NCBI GenBank assembly: GCA_964016885.1
Contig: OZ024745.1
Coordinates: 130,944,001-131,008,000, forward strand
Reading direction: 5' to 3'
DNA: 64,000 nt
DNA from: Eledone cirrhosa
Taxonomy: Eukaryota
A model generated the notes under the pieces. It had not been told where the DNA came from. It ran no database searches and was given only the letters and a program-made list of their open reading frames with translations. A program made the position numbers and the translations under genes. This document shows, in pieces, positions 1-15,557 of the stretch (positions within the stretch are counted from its first letter, which is position 1; each line of letters starts with the position of its first letter).

Positions 1-335
1 CGATCGCGCGGTTAAACCACTGGGAGTGAAGGACCCCTAGCCCTTGTCAGGGCATTCTATTATGAGAAAGCAACTCAGGAAACTGGGATAACTCCGATAT
101 AAAACCTGCAGCTCAGTAGTAACCGATGATGTTGGTCTTTTCTTCTTTTCGGGTTATAGCTACTGTCGCTCAGTGAATGGGATTGGCTCAGTGCACAGTG
201 TTTCCTCACTTTAAAAAATATCTTCACGCACAGGCATTGCACGATAGAATTAATTAATAATTATTAATAATGGTATATTATGCAATGGCCATACTCGATA
301 ACGAGGGGCAGCCATCATGTATATATGTATGTATG
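1..335 (+). mobile_element. Non-coding RTE-related non-autonomous retroposon, 5' part outside window
   Basis: Alignable by eye with the reverse complements of 14983-15478, 36296-36757 and 47014-47345; ends in ggccatactcgataacgag...gcagcca followed by (TATG)n. Confidence 0.65.
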
Positions 336-446
336 TGTCAGGTCACCAGTTGGTGCTACTATGGGTGGTTGTTGTTGTCCATTGGTCATTGGTACGGGGT
401 GTAGGGGACCTACAGGGGGGGCGTTATGGGAGGCCTTAACCGGGGT

Positions 447-1690
447 TTATCCATATAGCTTGAGGAAAGTTCCCGTCCTTAGGTGTCTGCAAGCACAGAA
501 TAAGTCGGCCCTTCTGTTTAATAGCTTGGTTCCGCCATGTAGTATCTCGAGTATCTCACTAAGACAGAGGTAGCAAATACCAGATCCGCATCTGTCTGGG
601 GGAACCTTTCTAACCACGGACCAGACCAGAGAGTGCGGGGTCTTTTCAAGTTTGAGCTTCCAGATCAATTCTGAAAGAGCCGTACATTTCCTCTTATATA
701 TTCTGTTAAAGGAATGGCGATGGTTATACCACCTATATTTGAAGCTCGTCGCTGTGGATGCTATGTAGTGGTGCTCCGAGTTATGGGTTGTGACCTTGCA
801 CCTGTAGACTACGTTTTTCGTCATGCGTTCATTACTAAGGGGCCATAGTGATGGGTCTCTGCAATTACATGACTTCTTAAGCTCCACCATATGTACCGCG
901 TGGTTACCATCACTCGGGGTTGGCTGGGTAGCCTCCGCAATCAGCACAGGGTCGTTGGGTTCCAGTGTGCTAGTTGAGCCTGTCCGGGTTCTGGTGCGTC
1001 CCGCGTGCAGGTTCAGTTGGGTAGCTCCGGGGTTTACGGTGGTATTAGAGGCAGTGAGCCTATTCCTATTTATGCCAGCTGTGTGCTGGGCTACGGAGCG
1101 TGGGGTTGAGTAGGAAAGTTTCACCGTGTGTCTGTTGAATATTTTATGGTACTTGTGGGTCCTAGGGAAACATTTATCCAGTACTCTAAAGAATGTTCTA
1201 TCCAGGCTGGTACGTAGACCCACCGAGTACTGAGGGTTATACCATGTGACCTTCCTGGTCCTATTCTTGCTGGGTTGTTGGGTGTCCGCCGTGGGCCATC
1301 GCGTGGTTGTACACAGCTCAGGTCTAGCTCGGTTGGTGTCACTCAGGTGTGCGGAGCGGTCACTATCATGAGGGTTATATGGGCCCACCGTGGGGCTATA
1401 AACCTGCAAGGTGTGGCCTCCCTGCTCAATTAGGGTTCGGCGGGTGGTGGGGCTGGTGCAGGGGTGCCTATGCTCCGCAGCACAGTAGTCTTCAGCGTTG
1501 TAGGTATTAGACCGGTGGGGTATGCGGGATCTTCTACCAGGGGTGGTGACGGATAGGGGTCTGGGAGTGTTACTACTGGTCACCGAGGTATTAGGTGGGC
1601 GACTCATGCCCCTGAGGGTATTGGTCCGGGGTACCCTTGGGTCATCTCGATCATGTCCCTTAGGGTTGTAGCTGATTCTATGGCTGTGGG
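447..1690 (-). mobile_element. Penelope-like retroelement 3' fragment (linker plus GIY-YIG endonuclease), probably Hydra-type
   Basis: ORF 447..1820 has WYNPQYS...KIFNRHTVKLSYS, CNCR, VVY...YIAST...FKYRWYNH, CYLC and CRH motifs; its N-terminus is only read-through of a (TA)n tract. Confidence 0.8.
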
Positions 1691-1746
1691 ATATATATAT
1701 ATATATAGCTGGCATAAATAGGAATAGGCACACTGCCTCTAATACC

Positions 1747-1808
<62 letters not shown>

Positions 1809-1978
1809 TAAAATTTTCACTCCAACTAATTAGTTTCTGTAATGGGATAAAGATAGTTACGTAACGTAACGTAACTGTCGAGAATTCATTACGTCATCAT
1901 ATATACATATACATATATATATATACTGTATATATATATACTGTATGTATGTATATATATATAAATATTGTATGTATG

Positions 1979-2107
<129 letters not shown>

Positions 2108-2144
2108 TATATATATATATATATTGTATGTATATATATATATA

Positions 2145-2196
<52 letters not shown>

Positions 2197-2596
2197 CGTT
2201 TCTAACAGAATTTTCGCTCACACACCCATATACACCAATAAATATACACTCTCCTACATAATATCCAATCCTAGATTTACCCCTGCCAAACAGTTTGTTT
2301 TTAATATTTTTGTTAAATCTATTTACTTTCAAGTCTATAACGTACTTTAATGTTTTTCGTCTAAAATAGCTTCTTTCATGTAATTGCCTACAGTTATATG
2401 CTGGTGGTGCTTATTACAAGAACACAGATGGTGTTATTGAAGTGAATTGGGAATAGAAATTTGGCCGCAAAATCGACCTGCTGGAATCTTTCTTTTCTCT
2501 CTATACTGATCCTGCATGCAATGAGATCATCATGACCTTCACTAGAACTAAACAGCTTCTACTTCATCTTCTGTCTTCTGCCGTCGTCGTCGTCTC

Positions 2597-2950
2597 TTCT
2601 TCTTCTTCTTCTTCTTCTTCTTCTTCTTCTTCTTCTTCTTCTTCTTCTTCTTCTTCTTCTTCTTCTTCTTCTTCTTCTTCTTCTTCTTCTTCTTCTTCTT
2701 CTTCTTCTTCTTCCTGAGAGAGTCATGGGACAAGAGTCTTGAAACACTCCTCCCAGCGGGTCCTGTCAGAAGCAACCGTCTCCAACTGATCCGGCTGGAT
2801 CCCCAAGCGAGACCAAACCATCTAAGCGCATGGATGTTATCCAACTATCTTGCTCAGAATCTACCCTTGAGTCTCCTACTGATTGGTTTTGCCCATAAAA
2901 TATGTCCAGGGATTCTTTCCTGAGACATTACAACCACATGCCCATAGTAA
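2597..2950 (-). mobile_element. RTE-clade LINE 3' end with (GAA)n tail
   Basis: Degenerate RTE C-terminus (GHVVRMSQERI..., LDNI) ending in a (GAA)n tail; homologous to 45588-45745. Confidence 0.7.
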
Positions 2951-3650
2951 TGCTACATCTGAAAATTACTTTCAAATATTATATTGATCACTTGCTACAA
3001 TCCACCCCACTCTATAGGACTACAAAATAACATAACTAGGTTTTTTTTTAACGCATTAGATAAATGTTTTCCTAAATCACAAATACAGTCAAATCTTTAA
3101 TCGACACAATTAAACTTTCTTACTCAACAGCCAAAAGCATAATCCAGAATATAGCGAAGATTAACAATAGAAATATGGGTATTAAAAATAAAGAGATAAC
3201 ACATAATAGCAAACATAGAAACACTGATAAAGTAAACAGCAACTAATAACATGGATAACATCATTAACATAAAGAGATAAACCAATGGACACACAGACAC
3301 AGGGAGGGAACAATGAATGATAACGTAAATAATTGCAATTGCAGAAATCACAATGTTACATCTCTATGACATACGATTTTTGCATAGTGACCAGCGAAAC
3401 TGTACAGTCGGGACATTGAAGAAAAAATAGGTATATATTTATGTCGATTATTTCTTTTTACTTTATAATTTGTTACATAGCTCTGATATTGAGTCAATTT
3501 AATTATTTCGAATATCTTCTCTCTCATAATCATAGAGCAACACTGGTTACGGTCGACAACACACAATCTCACATACTTGGGAAAAAAATATATGTGTATA
3601 TATACATGCGTATGTATGTATGCACATATATGTACGTACCTCTCATTATA

Positions 3651-3681
<31 letters not shown>

Positions 3682-3685
<4 letters not shown>

Positions 3686-3978
3686 CCAAAATTAAGATAA
3701 ATCAAATGAATTTAATCTAAATCAAAATTATGGGTGTCATGCCAGAGAGAAATGCGCCATATCACCCGCAAAATAAGCTCTAAGATTCTAACGAGTAGGT
3801 CCGAGCATTTTATAATAACTAGTTATTATAAAATTTCTAGTTATTATAAAATGCTCGGACCTACTCGTTAGAATCTTAGAGCTTATTTTGCGGGTGATAT
3901 GGCGCATGTCTCTCTGGCATGACACCCATAATTTTGATTTAGATTAAATTCATTTGATTTATCTTAATTTTGGATATA
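3682..3978. repeat. Near-perfect inverted repeat with ~140 bp arms
   Basis: tatccaaaattaagat...gagcattttataataac matched by its reverse complement ending ...atcttaattttggata; one visible mismatch; abuts (TA)n on the left. Confidence 0.9.
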
Positions 3979-4407
3979 GATATATAAATACGGCTCCTAA
4001 ATTGTAGAGCTAACTCTGTTGAAAGGACTCGACTGCTGTTTCTAGTTGTCGATAACCCTATACACGCCACTGGGACGAAGCTAGTATGATGTGTGTATTT
4101 CTAGTAGATATACCACGTGTTGCTGGCCAGTCGCTAATTTGAACTTGAAGTGTAAACACGGATCGCTGGACTTCTTCCTTGTTGAAAATCCAAGTATCCA
4201 CTTCCGTGGTTTACCATCCGATTAATTGGTGAAATATATTCTTTAATGGAATATATACAGGGAAGATTAATCATATTATAAGGTATCTATTTTTGAAGTT
4301 CTGGTCAACTTTATTTAGTTACCTACCTAGCTATGTGTGGTTACACACTTGTAAAAATTATCACCTGTGATTATTCATGTTTATTTATATGTTAATCAAT
4401 TTCTAGT

Positions 4408-4443
<36 letters not shown>

Positions 4444-4726
4444 ACATCTCTCTCTCTCTCTCTCTCACTCTCTCTCTCTCTCTCTCTCTCACTCTCTCTC
4501 TCTCTCTCTCTCACTCTGTCTCTCTCGCTCTGAAAAGCTCAGAATCTTTGATGTCAATTCCAATGCTCAATTAACGCCGGCCATACGTAATATACTTCGT
4601 GTACCAATTCTCGATAACGAAACAACGAACTAATTAGTTCCCGTAGGAAACGAAAGTTGATCTATTTGAAATGTTTCTATTAATCATCAATTTATATTGG
4701 ATTATTACATACATATACACAAACAC

Positions 4727-4763
<37 letters not shown>

Positions 4764-4839
4764 CACACACACACACAGATAGGTATCATTACCTATACAC
4801 ATACACATGTATAGAACAATAAACTGAACAAGAAGACTG

Positions 4840-5125
4840 GCGGTGATGATGGTGGTGATGGCGGTGAGGATAGTAATGATGGTGGTGATGGTGGTGATGG
4901 TGATGATGGTGATGATGATTGTGGTGGTGATAAGGATGATGGTGGTGATGATAGTGATGGTGGTGATGGTGGTGGTGGTGAGGATAGTGAAGATGGGGGT
5001 GGTGGTGAGGATGGTTGTGGTGATGATGGTGATAGGGGTGATGGTGATGGTGGTGGTAGTGATGATGGTGATGGTGGTGGTAGTGATGATGGTGATGGTG
5101 GTGGTAGTGATGATGAGGATGATAA
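4840..5125. repeat. Degenerate (GAT/GGT)n trinucleotide tract
   Basis: Direct reading. Confidence 0.9.
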
Positions 5126-5303
5126 TAACCAGAAGGAGGGCGTAATGGGATGAGAAGAAGGAGGATCGGCCCCTAACCAAATATTATTTAGCCCTAGGCC
5201 AGGTCCGAACGTATAGACATATTCCGAAAGTTGTGTCGTCACTCGAATATATAGACGACATGCCAATCATGTCGAAGCTACATAAATGACTGCAATAAAC
5301 AAA

Positions 5304-5348
<45 letters not shown>

Positions 5349-5351
<3 letters not shown>

Positions 5352-5438
5352 AACCAGTAAGACCCCGACAGCTGAGCTCAAGTATTGAGTACTTTGGTGC
5401 GTTATGGTCCACCTGGTTCCTTACCACATTTCCTTCGT

Positions 5439-5469
<31 letters not shown>

Positions 5470-5521
5470 CAGAATTAGCCATCGAAACGGCTTGAGCTCA
5501 GCCGTCGGGGTCCTACTCGTT

Positions 5522-5524
<3 letters not shown>
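5349..5524. mobile_element. Two PLE-terminal modules of the 'gaccccgacggc/aagtattgagtac' family in (TA)n
   Basis: Same blocks as 6019-6191, 7711-7896, 36834-37002 and 63431-63550. Confidence 0.7.
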
Positions 5525-5562
<38 letters not shown>

Positions 5563-5569
<7 letters not shown>

Positions 5570-5748
5570 TAACAGATTAAAGTTTAAGCAAAGAATCGCT
5601 GCTAAGGGTCAAAGCAGCGATTCTATGCTTAAACTTTAATCTGTTATTTTAATAAATATTTGCTCTAGGGTTCTTGTATATTTGATATATATTTATCCTT
5701 ATTGAGCCCTCTTTAGATCTTAGTCTTCAAATTTATTATTATTACTAT
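5563..5748 (+). mobile_element. Fold-back module (~40 bp inverted arms) plus tail, probable PLE terminus
   Basis: aataacagattaaagtttaagcaaagaatcgctgct / agcagcgattctatgcttaaactttaatctgttatt; related to 7978-8040. Confidence 0.65.
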
Positions 5749-5784
5749 ATATATATATTGTTGGGTTTTTTTCAATAAACAAAT

Positions 5785-5924
5785 ATCATTATTTCTGAAG
5801 ACAGCATATATATGTGTAGGTTTGTATATTTCCTCTGATAGTTTGTAAAATTTTTACATAGATCTATATGATATACATACCAACACACACATATATATCC
5901 TAGAAACGATCGTAAAATGATGAT
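5785..5924 (+). ncRNA. Type I hammerhead ribozyme with ~100 nt stem II
   Basis: Stem I atcattattt/aaatgatgat; CTGAAGA 5795-5801; stem II includes atatatatgtgt/acacatatatat; GAAA 5903-5906; palindromic CGATCG; UA cleavage site. Confidence 0.75.
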
Positions 5925-5975
5925 TTTTTTTAATATAAGGAACTGTTTCTTTGTTTTTATTCATTGTTTTTATTA

Positions 5976-6018
<43 letters not shown>

Positions 6019-6023
<5 letters not shown>

Positions 6024-6189
6024 AAGTATGACCCCGATGGCAGAGCTCAAGCCGTTTAGAATTTTAATTACCCACTATTGCCCACTCTACCACCCTAAGT
6101 ATTGAGTACTCTGGTGCGTTATGGTCCATCTGATTCCTTACCACAACTCCTTAGCTATATATATATATGCTGTCGGGGTCACACTTTTT

Positions 6190-6191
<2 letters not shown>
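6019..6191. mobile_element. PLE-terminal module with inverted arm plus tail, in (TA)n
   Basis: Same family as 7711-7896. Confidence 0.7.
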
Positions 6192-6266
<75 letters not shown>

Positions 6267-6334
6267 ACTGTAGGATCTGATTTGTCTGCTATTTCTTGCA
6301 GTTGGAATAACGACGTAGACGATCTTCCGGCAAA

Positions 6335-6447
6335 TACCGTATTTCCCGGCATCGAAGACGCTAATTTCTTCATAAAATAAGTCTCAAAAATCTATGATGC
6401 GTCCTGGAGGCCGAAGCGTCTTCGGCGCCGGGAATACAAATACTGTA
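6335..6447. mobile_element. pogo/Fot1-type MITE
   Basis: TIRs taccgtatttcccggcatcgaagacgct / agcgtcttcggcgccgggaat...aaatactgta with TA ends. Confidence 0.7.
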
Positions 6448-7544
6448 CCTATTTATACAAGCTCATTTGAGAATAACACCTTAACATAAGTTTGAGCATC
6501 CGCATACACCCAAATCCATTAAAGACTTAATGTATTCATGGGGATTGACACAAGATTTGCTTTTGTCCAATGGTGGTTATGGTGGAATAAAAATTGTAGA
6601 AAAACACCAACAGAGGAAACTTAAGTTCGATTTCGGAGAATCTCCAACTTTTTCCTTCATCGTAAATTTGTATATCTGCAAAAATAATATTCGATATAAA
6701 ATAAATGTAAATAATAATTGCCTTTCAGTCCTTGTAATATTTGGGGTACCAGCATTTGGGTTGCCTCCAACTTGCCGACCTCCGCCGTGGCCAGCATTTG
6801 ACTACATAGGTCTGTTCGATTGGAGCTGGCCAGAAACTAAACAACAACAAAAATAACAGCAACAATGACAACAGCAACAGCAACTACAACATCGATTAGA
6901 ACGACAAAAACTAAAATGTTAATGGACAATTTGTAATGAGGGTTACTTCACATTTTTATTCATAGTTATTGAAATGAAACCAAATGCTTGAACAATTTCT
7001 TTGAAAAATTGCATATATTTACTTACTAAATGAATACAAATATAAATATATAGTGTATGCGGGCAGCGCGAGTGTGTGTGCTTGTATGTATGTGTTTTAC
7101 TAATTGGCAAACTAACAAATACAACTCTATCAAAATATTCAATATATGTTTCAACACGCTATTTTAGATCAAATCTCTTGACAACAATATAATATTTCTA
7201 GTAATTATTTTAGAAACCCAGGAGGGTTGAAAGACAAATTAGTGCGCCAATAGAATTTGAATGCAGAAACATGAGAGAAAGGAATGAATGCGACAAAGAA
7301 TATTCTTCCTTGTTCTACTGTTTGCACCAAATCGTTTATTAATGCGGTGTATAACCATGTTTAGATTGCTTCGTTTATTGTGGTTCTCTGCAACAATTTA
7401 ATCTAATTTAGATACAGTTGATTGATACACGCTACTCTGCTCTGGTTATGACATTTAATAACCAAAGATCGTGAATTACACACTGGAGGGCATTCTTATA
7501 GGTGTATTGTGTAAACATATTAAATAAGCAGTTGTGTGCATATA

Positions 7545-7973
<429 letters not shown>

Positions 7974-8037
7974 CATACAGAAGATCCCGTTAAGGGTGAA
8001 AGCAGCGATTCTTTGCTTAAACTTTAATGTTATTTTA

Positions 8038-9591
<1,554 letters not shown>

Positions 9592-9601
9592 TATATATAT
9601 A

Positions 9602-10345
<744 letters not shown>

Positions 10346-10457
10346 ATATATATATTTACGTTATATATATATATATACCATATATATTTATGCTAGCAAA
10401 CCCGTGTCTTTTTCGTACGTATGTGCTCGTATATGTGTGTACATATGTACATATATA

Positions 10458-10495
<38 letters not shown>

Positions 10496-10939
10496 GGCGT
10501 GTGGTTGATGGCTGTTTATCACAGGCTCATCATCAAGATGACCCTGTGATAAACAGGCAAAAAATTCCGCGTAACAAGGTTCAGTATTTAGCCTTAATAA
10601 AATCAATACATGTGTATGTTAGAGAGAGAGAGAGACAGACAAACAGAGAGTGGGGGAGAGAGGGAGAAAGAGAGGGGGCGAGAAGAGAGAAAGAAAGAGA
10701 GAAAGAAAGAACTTTACCTTCCTTTCATGCTTCTTACCTACTCGTTTTCCTATCTTATCCTGTTTGAACCCAACAATGTAATACAAGACCTAATATGAAA
10801 TCCTTCAACAAAACTCTACTCAACTAAAATGTTAAGTGAAAATTATACTGACTATGTACAACCTCTAGCGTTATTTTAACTGTTATTCAATATCAGTTAA
10901 ACCCAGCTAAGTCTACCTTTCCCATCTATATTGTTATTA

Positions 10940-11365
10940 TTTGGCAGTATCGGTAGAGGGTCGGACGCCATGCTTTGACGTATAGAGTTACGGCCCTTGC
11001 CATTCTGAGTTCAAATCCTGCCGAGGTTAACTTTGCCTTTCATCCCTACGGGGTCGATAAAATAAAGTACCAGTAATGCACTGGGTAGTTGCTGGCCTTG
11101 TGCCAAAAGTAGAAACAATTATTATTATTATTATGAAGAGCGGTGGATTGGCAGAATCGGTAGAGAGTCGGACATCATGCTTTGCAGCATAGAGCTATGG
11201 TCCTTTATGATCTGAGTTCAAATCCTGCCAACCAAGGTTAACTTTGCCTACCATCCTTACGGGGTCATTAAAATAAAGTACCAGTAACGCACTGGGGTCG
11301 ATTTAATCGACTTTCCCCTCCCCCAAAATTGCTCGCCTTGTGCCTATATAAGAAACCATTATTAT
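10940..11365 (+). mobile_element. Two tandem tRNA-derived SINEs (dominant family)
   Basis: A box tggcagaatcgg, B box gagttcaaatcc, core aactttgcctttcatccttacggggtcgataaaataaagtaccag, tail ggccttgtgccaaaagtagaaac+(TTA)n. Confidence 0.88.
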
Positions 11366-11393
11366 TTTTCAGTTTCGCTTTGATTGAAATTTT

Positions 11394-11463
<70 letters not shown>

Positions 11464-11539
11464 TCTCCCTCTCTCCCTCTCTATATATCTCTCTTTCTTT
11501 CTTTCTCCCTCACTCTCCCTCTCTATCTCTCTATCTCTC

Positions 11540-11570
<31 letters not shown>

Positions 11571-11788
11571 TCCTCTCTGCCCCCACCCCCTCTCTCTCTC
11601 TATCTATCTATCTCTATCTATCTATCTCTCCCCCTCTCTCTCTCTCTCTCGCTCTCTCTTTATCCCCCTCCCTTATATATATATTTATTACTCAAATAAA
11701 TATATATATATACACACACCCATATATATATATACATATATATATGCAAATATATATATGTATGTATATTATATAAATAATATAAATA

Positions 11789-11837
<49 letters not shown>

Positions 11838-12353
11838 TATATATATACAGACATAATCATACATATATACACACGTACATACACACACATACATACACAC
11901 ATATATACACGCATACATACGCACACACAAATATAGATATATGTAAACACACCTACATACGCGCACACACAATTAATATTATAAATTAATATTTTCAAAA
12001 TTAACCATTTAACTTTCGGGAAAAATCTCCTTCTGCATATATCACCCCACCCCTTTATCTTTCCCTCTTTATAAATCCTTTTCCAGCGGCTATCACTGGC
12101 TGTTATGATTCATGAGATGTTTTCCTAGATATATTGTAGTATCATACATTTTAAAATCTCTATAACTGTTACAATAAGCAACGGTTTTTTTTTTGGGGGG
12201 GGGGGGTTATTACTCACACATTCTCTAATGAATTTATTACGTTTTCGCATTTTCTCATAATTAGGTTATATATGTTAAATTTTCTCTTAGGTTAATCACT
12301 ACCTTGATTAAATCTTAACCATTTAACATCTCAGGGTATGTCATGTATCATTA

Positions 12354-12408
12354 TATTTTGTCTGATGAGGACGTACTGTTGTACATCCGAAATACATATA
12401 ATAAAATG
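12354..12408 (+). ncRNA. Minimal type I hammerhead ribozyme
   Basis: attttgt CTGATGA ggacgtac tgtt gtacatcc GAAA tacata TA ataaaat. Confidence 0.82.
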
Positions 12409-12459
12409 AACATCAAAAGAACATCTATTTTATTAATATTTATATTTTAATATTAATAA

Positions 12460-12648
12460 CTGTTTCTACTTTTGGCACAAGGCCAGCAATTACCAGTGTA
12501 TTACTGGTACTTTATTTTATCGACCCCATAAGGATGAAAGGCAAAGTTAACCTCGGCGGGATTTGAACTCAGAATGGCAAGGGCCGTAACTCTATGCGTC
12601 AAAGCATGGCGTCCGACCCTCTACCGATACTGCCAATCCACTGGCCAT
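12460..12648 (-). mobile_element. tRNA-derived SINE (dominant family)
   Basis: Reverse complement of the 10940-11125 copy, nearly identical. Confidence 0.88.
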
Positions 12649-12751
12649 TATTTTAATATTAATAACTCCGGAAAATTATTTTTCCTCGTAGAGTGCTTCC
12701 AATCTACTGTAAAACTCATTCTTTGACATACTCATTGAATATTGTTTAACA

Positions 12752-13734
<983 letters not shown>

Positions 13735-13796
13735 TATATATATATAGTATATATATATATATATATATATAGTATATATATATATATATATATATA

Positions 13797-13845
<49 letters not shown>

Positions 13846-13907
13846 GAGGCCACATACATCCATATGTTATCAATTCCTCTATGTTCCATGCTCAAATCAC
13901 TGTGCAC

Positions 13908-14412
13908 ACTCTCCCCTCTCTCTTCTCTCCCCCTCTCTTCTCTCCCCTCTCTCTTCTCTCCCCTCACCTCTCTCTTCTCTCCCCTCACTTTTCTCTTCTC
14001 TCCCCTCTCTCTTCTCTCACCACTCTCTTCTCTCCCCTCACCTCTCTCTTCTCTAAGGCTCTCTCTTCTCTCTCCTCACCTCTCTCTTCTCTCCCCTCCC
14101 CTCTCTCTTCTCTTCCGTCTCTCTTCTCTCACCTCTCTCTTCTCTCCCCTCTCTCTTCTCTCCCCTCTCTCTTCTCTCACCTCTCTATTCTCTCCCCTCT
14201 CTCTTCTCTCCCATCTCTCTTCTCTCCCCTCTCTCCCCTCCCCTCTCTCTTCTCTCCCCTCTCTCTTCTCTCCCCTCTCTCTCTCTCTCCTCTCTCTCCC
14301 CTAACCTCTCTCTTCTCTCCCCTCTCTCTTCTCTCCCCTCTCTCTTCTCTCACCTCTCTCTCCCCTAACCGCTCTCTCCCCTCCCCTCTCCCTCCCCTCC
14401 CCTCCCCTCTTA
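13908..14412. repeat. Polypyrimidine minisatellite-like tract (ctctcttctctcccct units)
   Basis: Direct reading. Confidence 0.9.
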
Positions 14413-14837
14413 CTCTCATACCGACATTAAGTTATTATCACAGGATTCAATCTTCTGCAACACGCAACACAAAAACTGACCACACTCCACAATCTGAGTC
14501 AGCTTGCGTGAAACTATGTTTCATTACAACAGCTTTATATACATTCAAGCTCTCTTGTTTATATGACGTGTGTATGTTTATATATATGTGTGCGTGTGTG
14601 TGTATGAGAGAGTGTATGTGTATATATATACATATATATATATATACATACATATATATATACATATACATACATATATATACATATATATATATACATA
14701 CATATATATACATATACATATATATGCATATAAATATATATTTACACATACATATAATGTACGTACACACACTCACATATATACACACATACACAGACTC
14801 ACATATATACACATACATATATATGTATGCTAGTATA

Positions 14838-14941
14838 TACAGGGTATCCCCAAAAATGTATACACACGTCAACAGCATTCTAATAAATATTGCCTCTACA
14901 GGTAATCAAAATGTGTATACATTTTTTAGGAACACCCTGTA
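14838..14941. mobile_element. Tc1-type MITE (~100 bp)
   Basis: TA-cagggtatccccaaaaatgtatacac ... gtgtatacattttttaggaacaccctg-TA. Confidence 0.78.
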
Positions 14942-14982
14942 TATATATAAGCATGTATGTATATGTATGTAAATAAACATAT

Positions 14983-15478
14983 ACAGGCATTGGCATTGCT
15001 TTATATCTGGAGATCTCTCTGCACTTGTCGTCACATGGTACCATGTCGTCACATGGTACCATGTGATGACAAGTGCAGAGAGATCTCCAGATATAAAGCA
15101 ATGCCTGTGCCGTGAAGCTTTTATAGTGAGCAAAGGCACTGCACAAAGCCAGTCCCACTCTCTTAACCAAGATGATATTTACCAAAAAGAAGAACAAGTC
15201 AACATCATTGGATACCATCAGAATTGCAGGTGTTATATCAAAGTTTTCCTTCTCCTAGAATTTTGCCTTGACAAATGCTAAGGGATCATCTCTCCCGGTG
15301 ATTTTGGATGGCCATTGACTCTTAAGAGCTCATTTGCCCTTTGACAGGTTTTGTTTTTAGTCCTGCAGGATGTCCAAAGTCACCCTCCTCACCAAGAAAC
15401 CTTGGTGGGGTTGCCAGTTTAGTCGCCAACGACCCAACCATGGGACAGGTTGTACTGGGATACATGTTACCAGTAGCA
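14983..15478 (-). mobile_element. RTE-related non-coding retroposon with structured 5' leader; 3' part replaced by a fold-back
   Basis: Minus strand has ggagaaggaaaactttgatataacacct, resembling RTE 5' UTR motifs; high similarity to 36465-36757. Confidence 0.65.
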
Positions 15479-15557
15479 TACATACATACATACATACATA
15501 CATACATACATACATACATACATACATACATACATACATACATACATACATACATAC

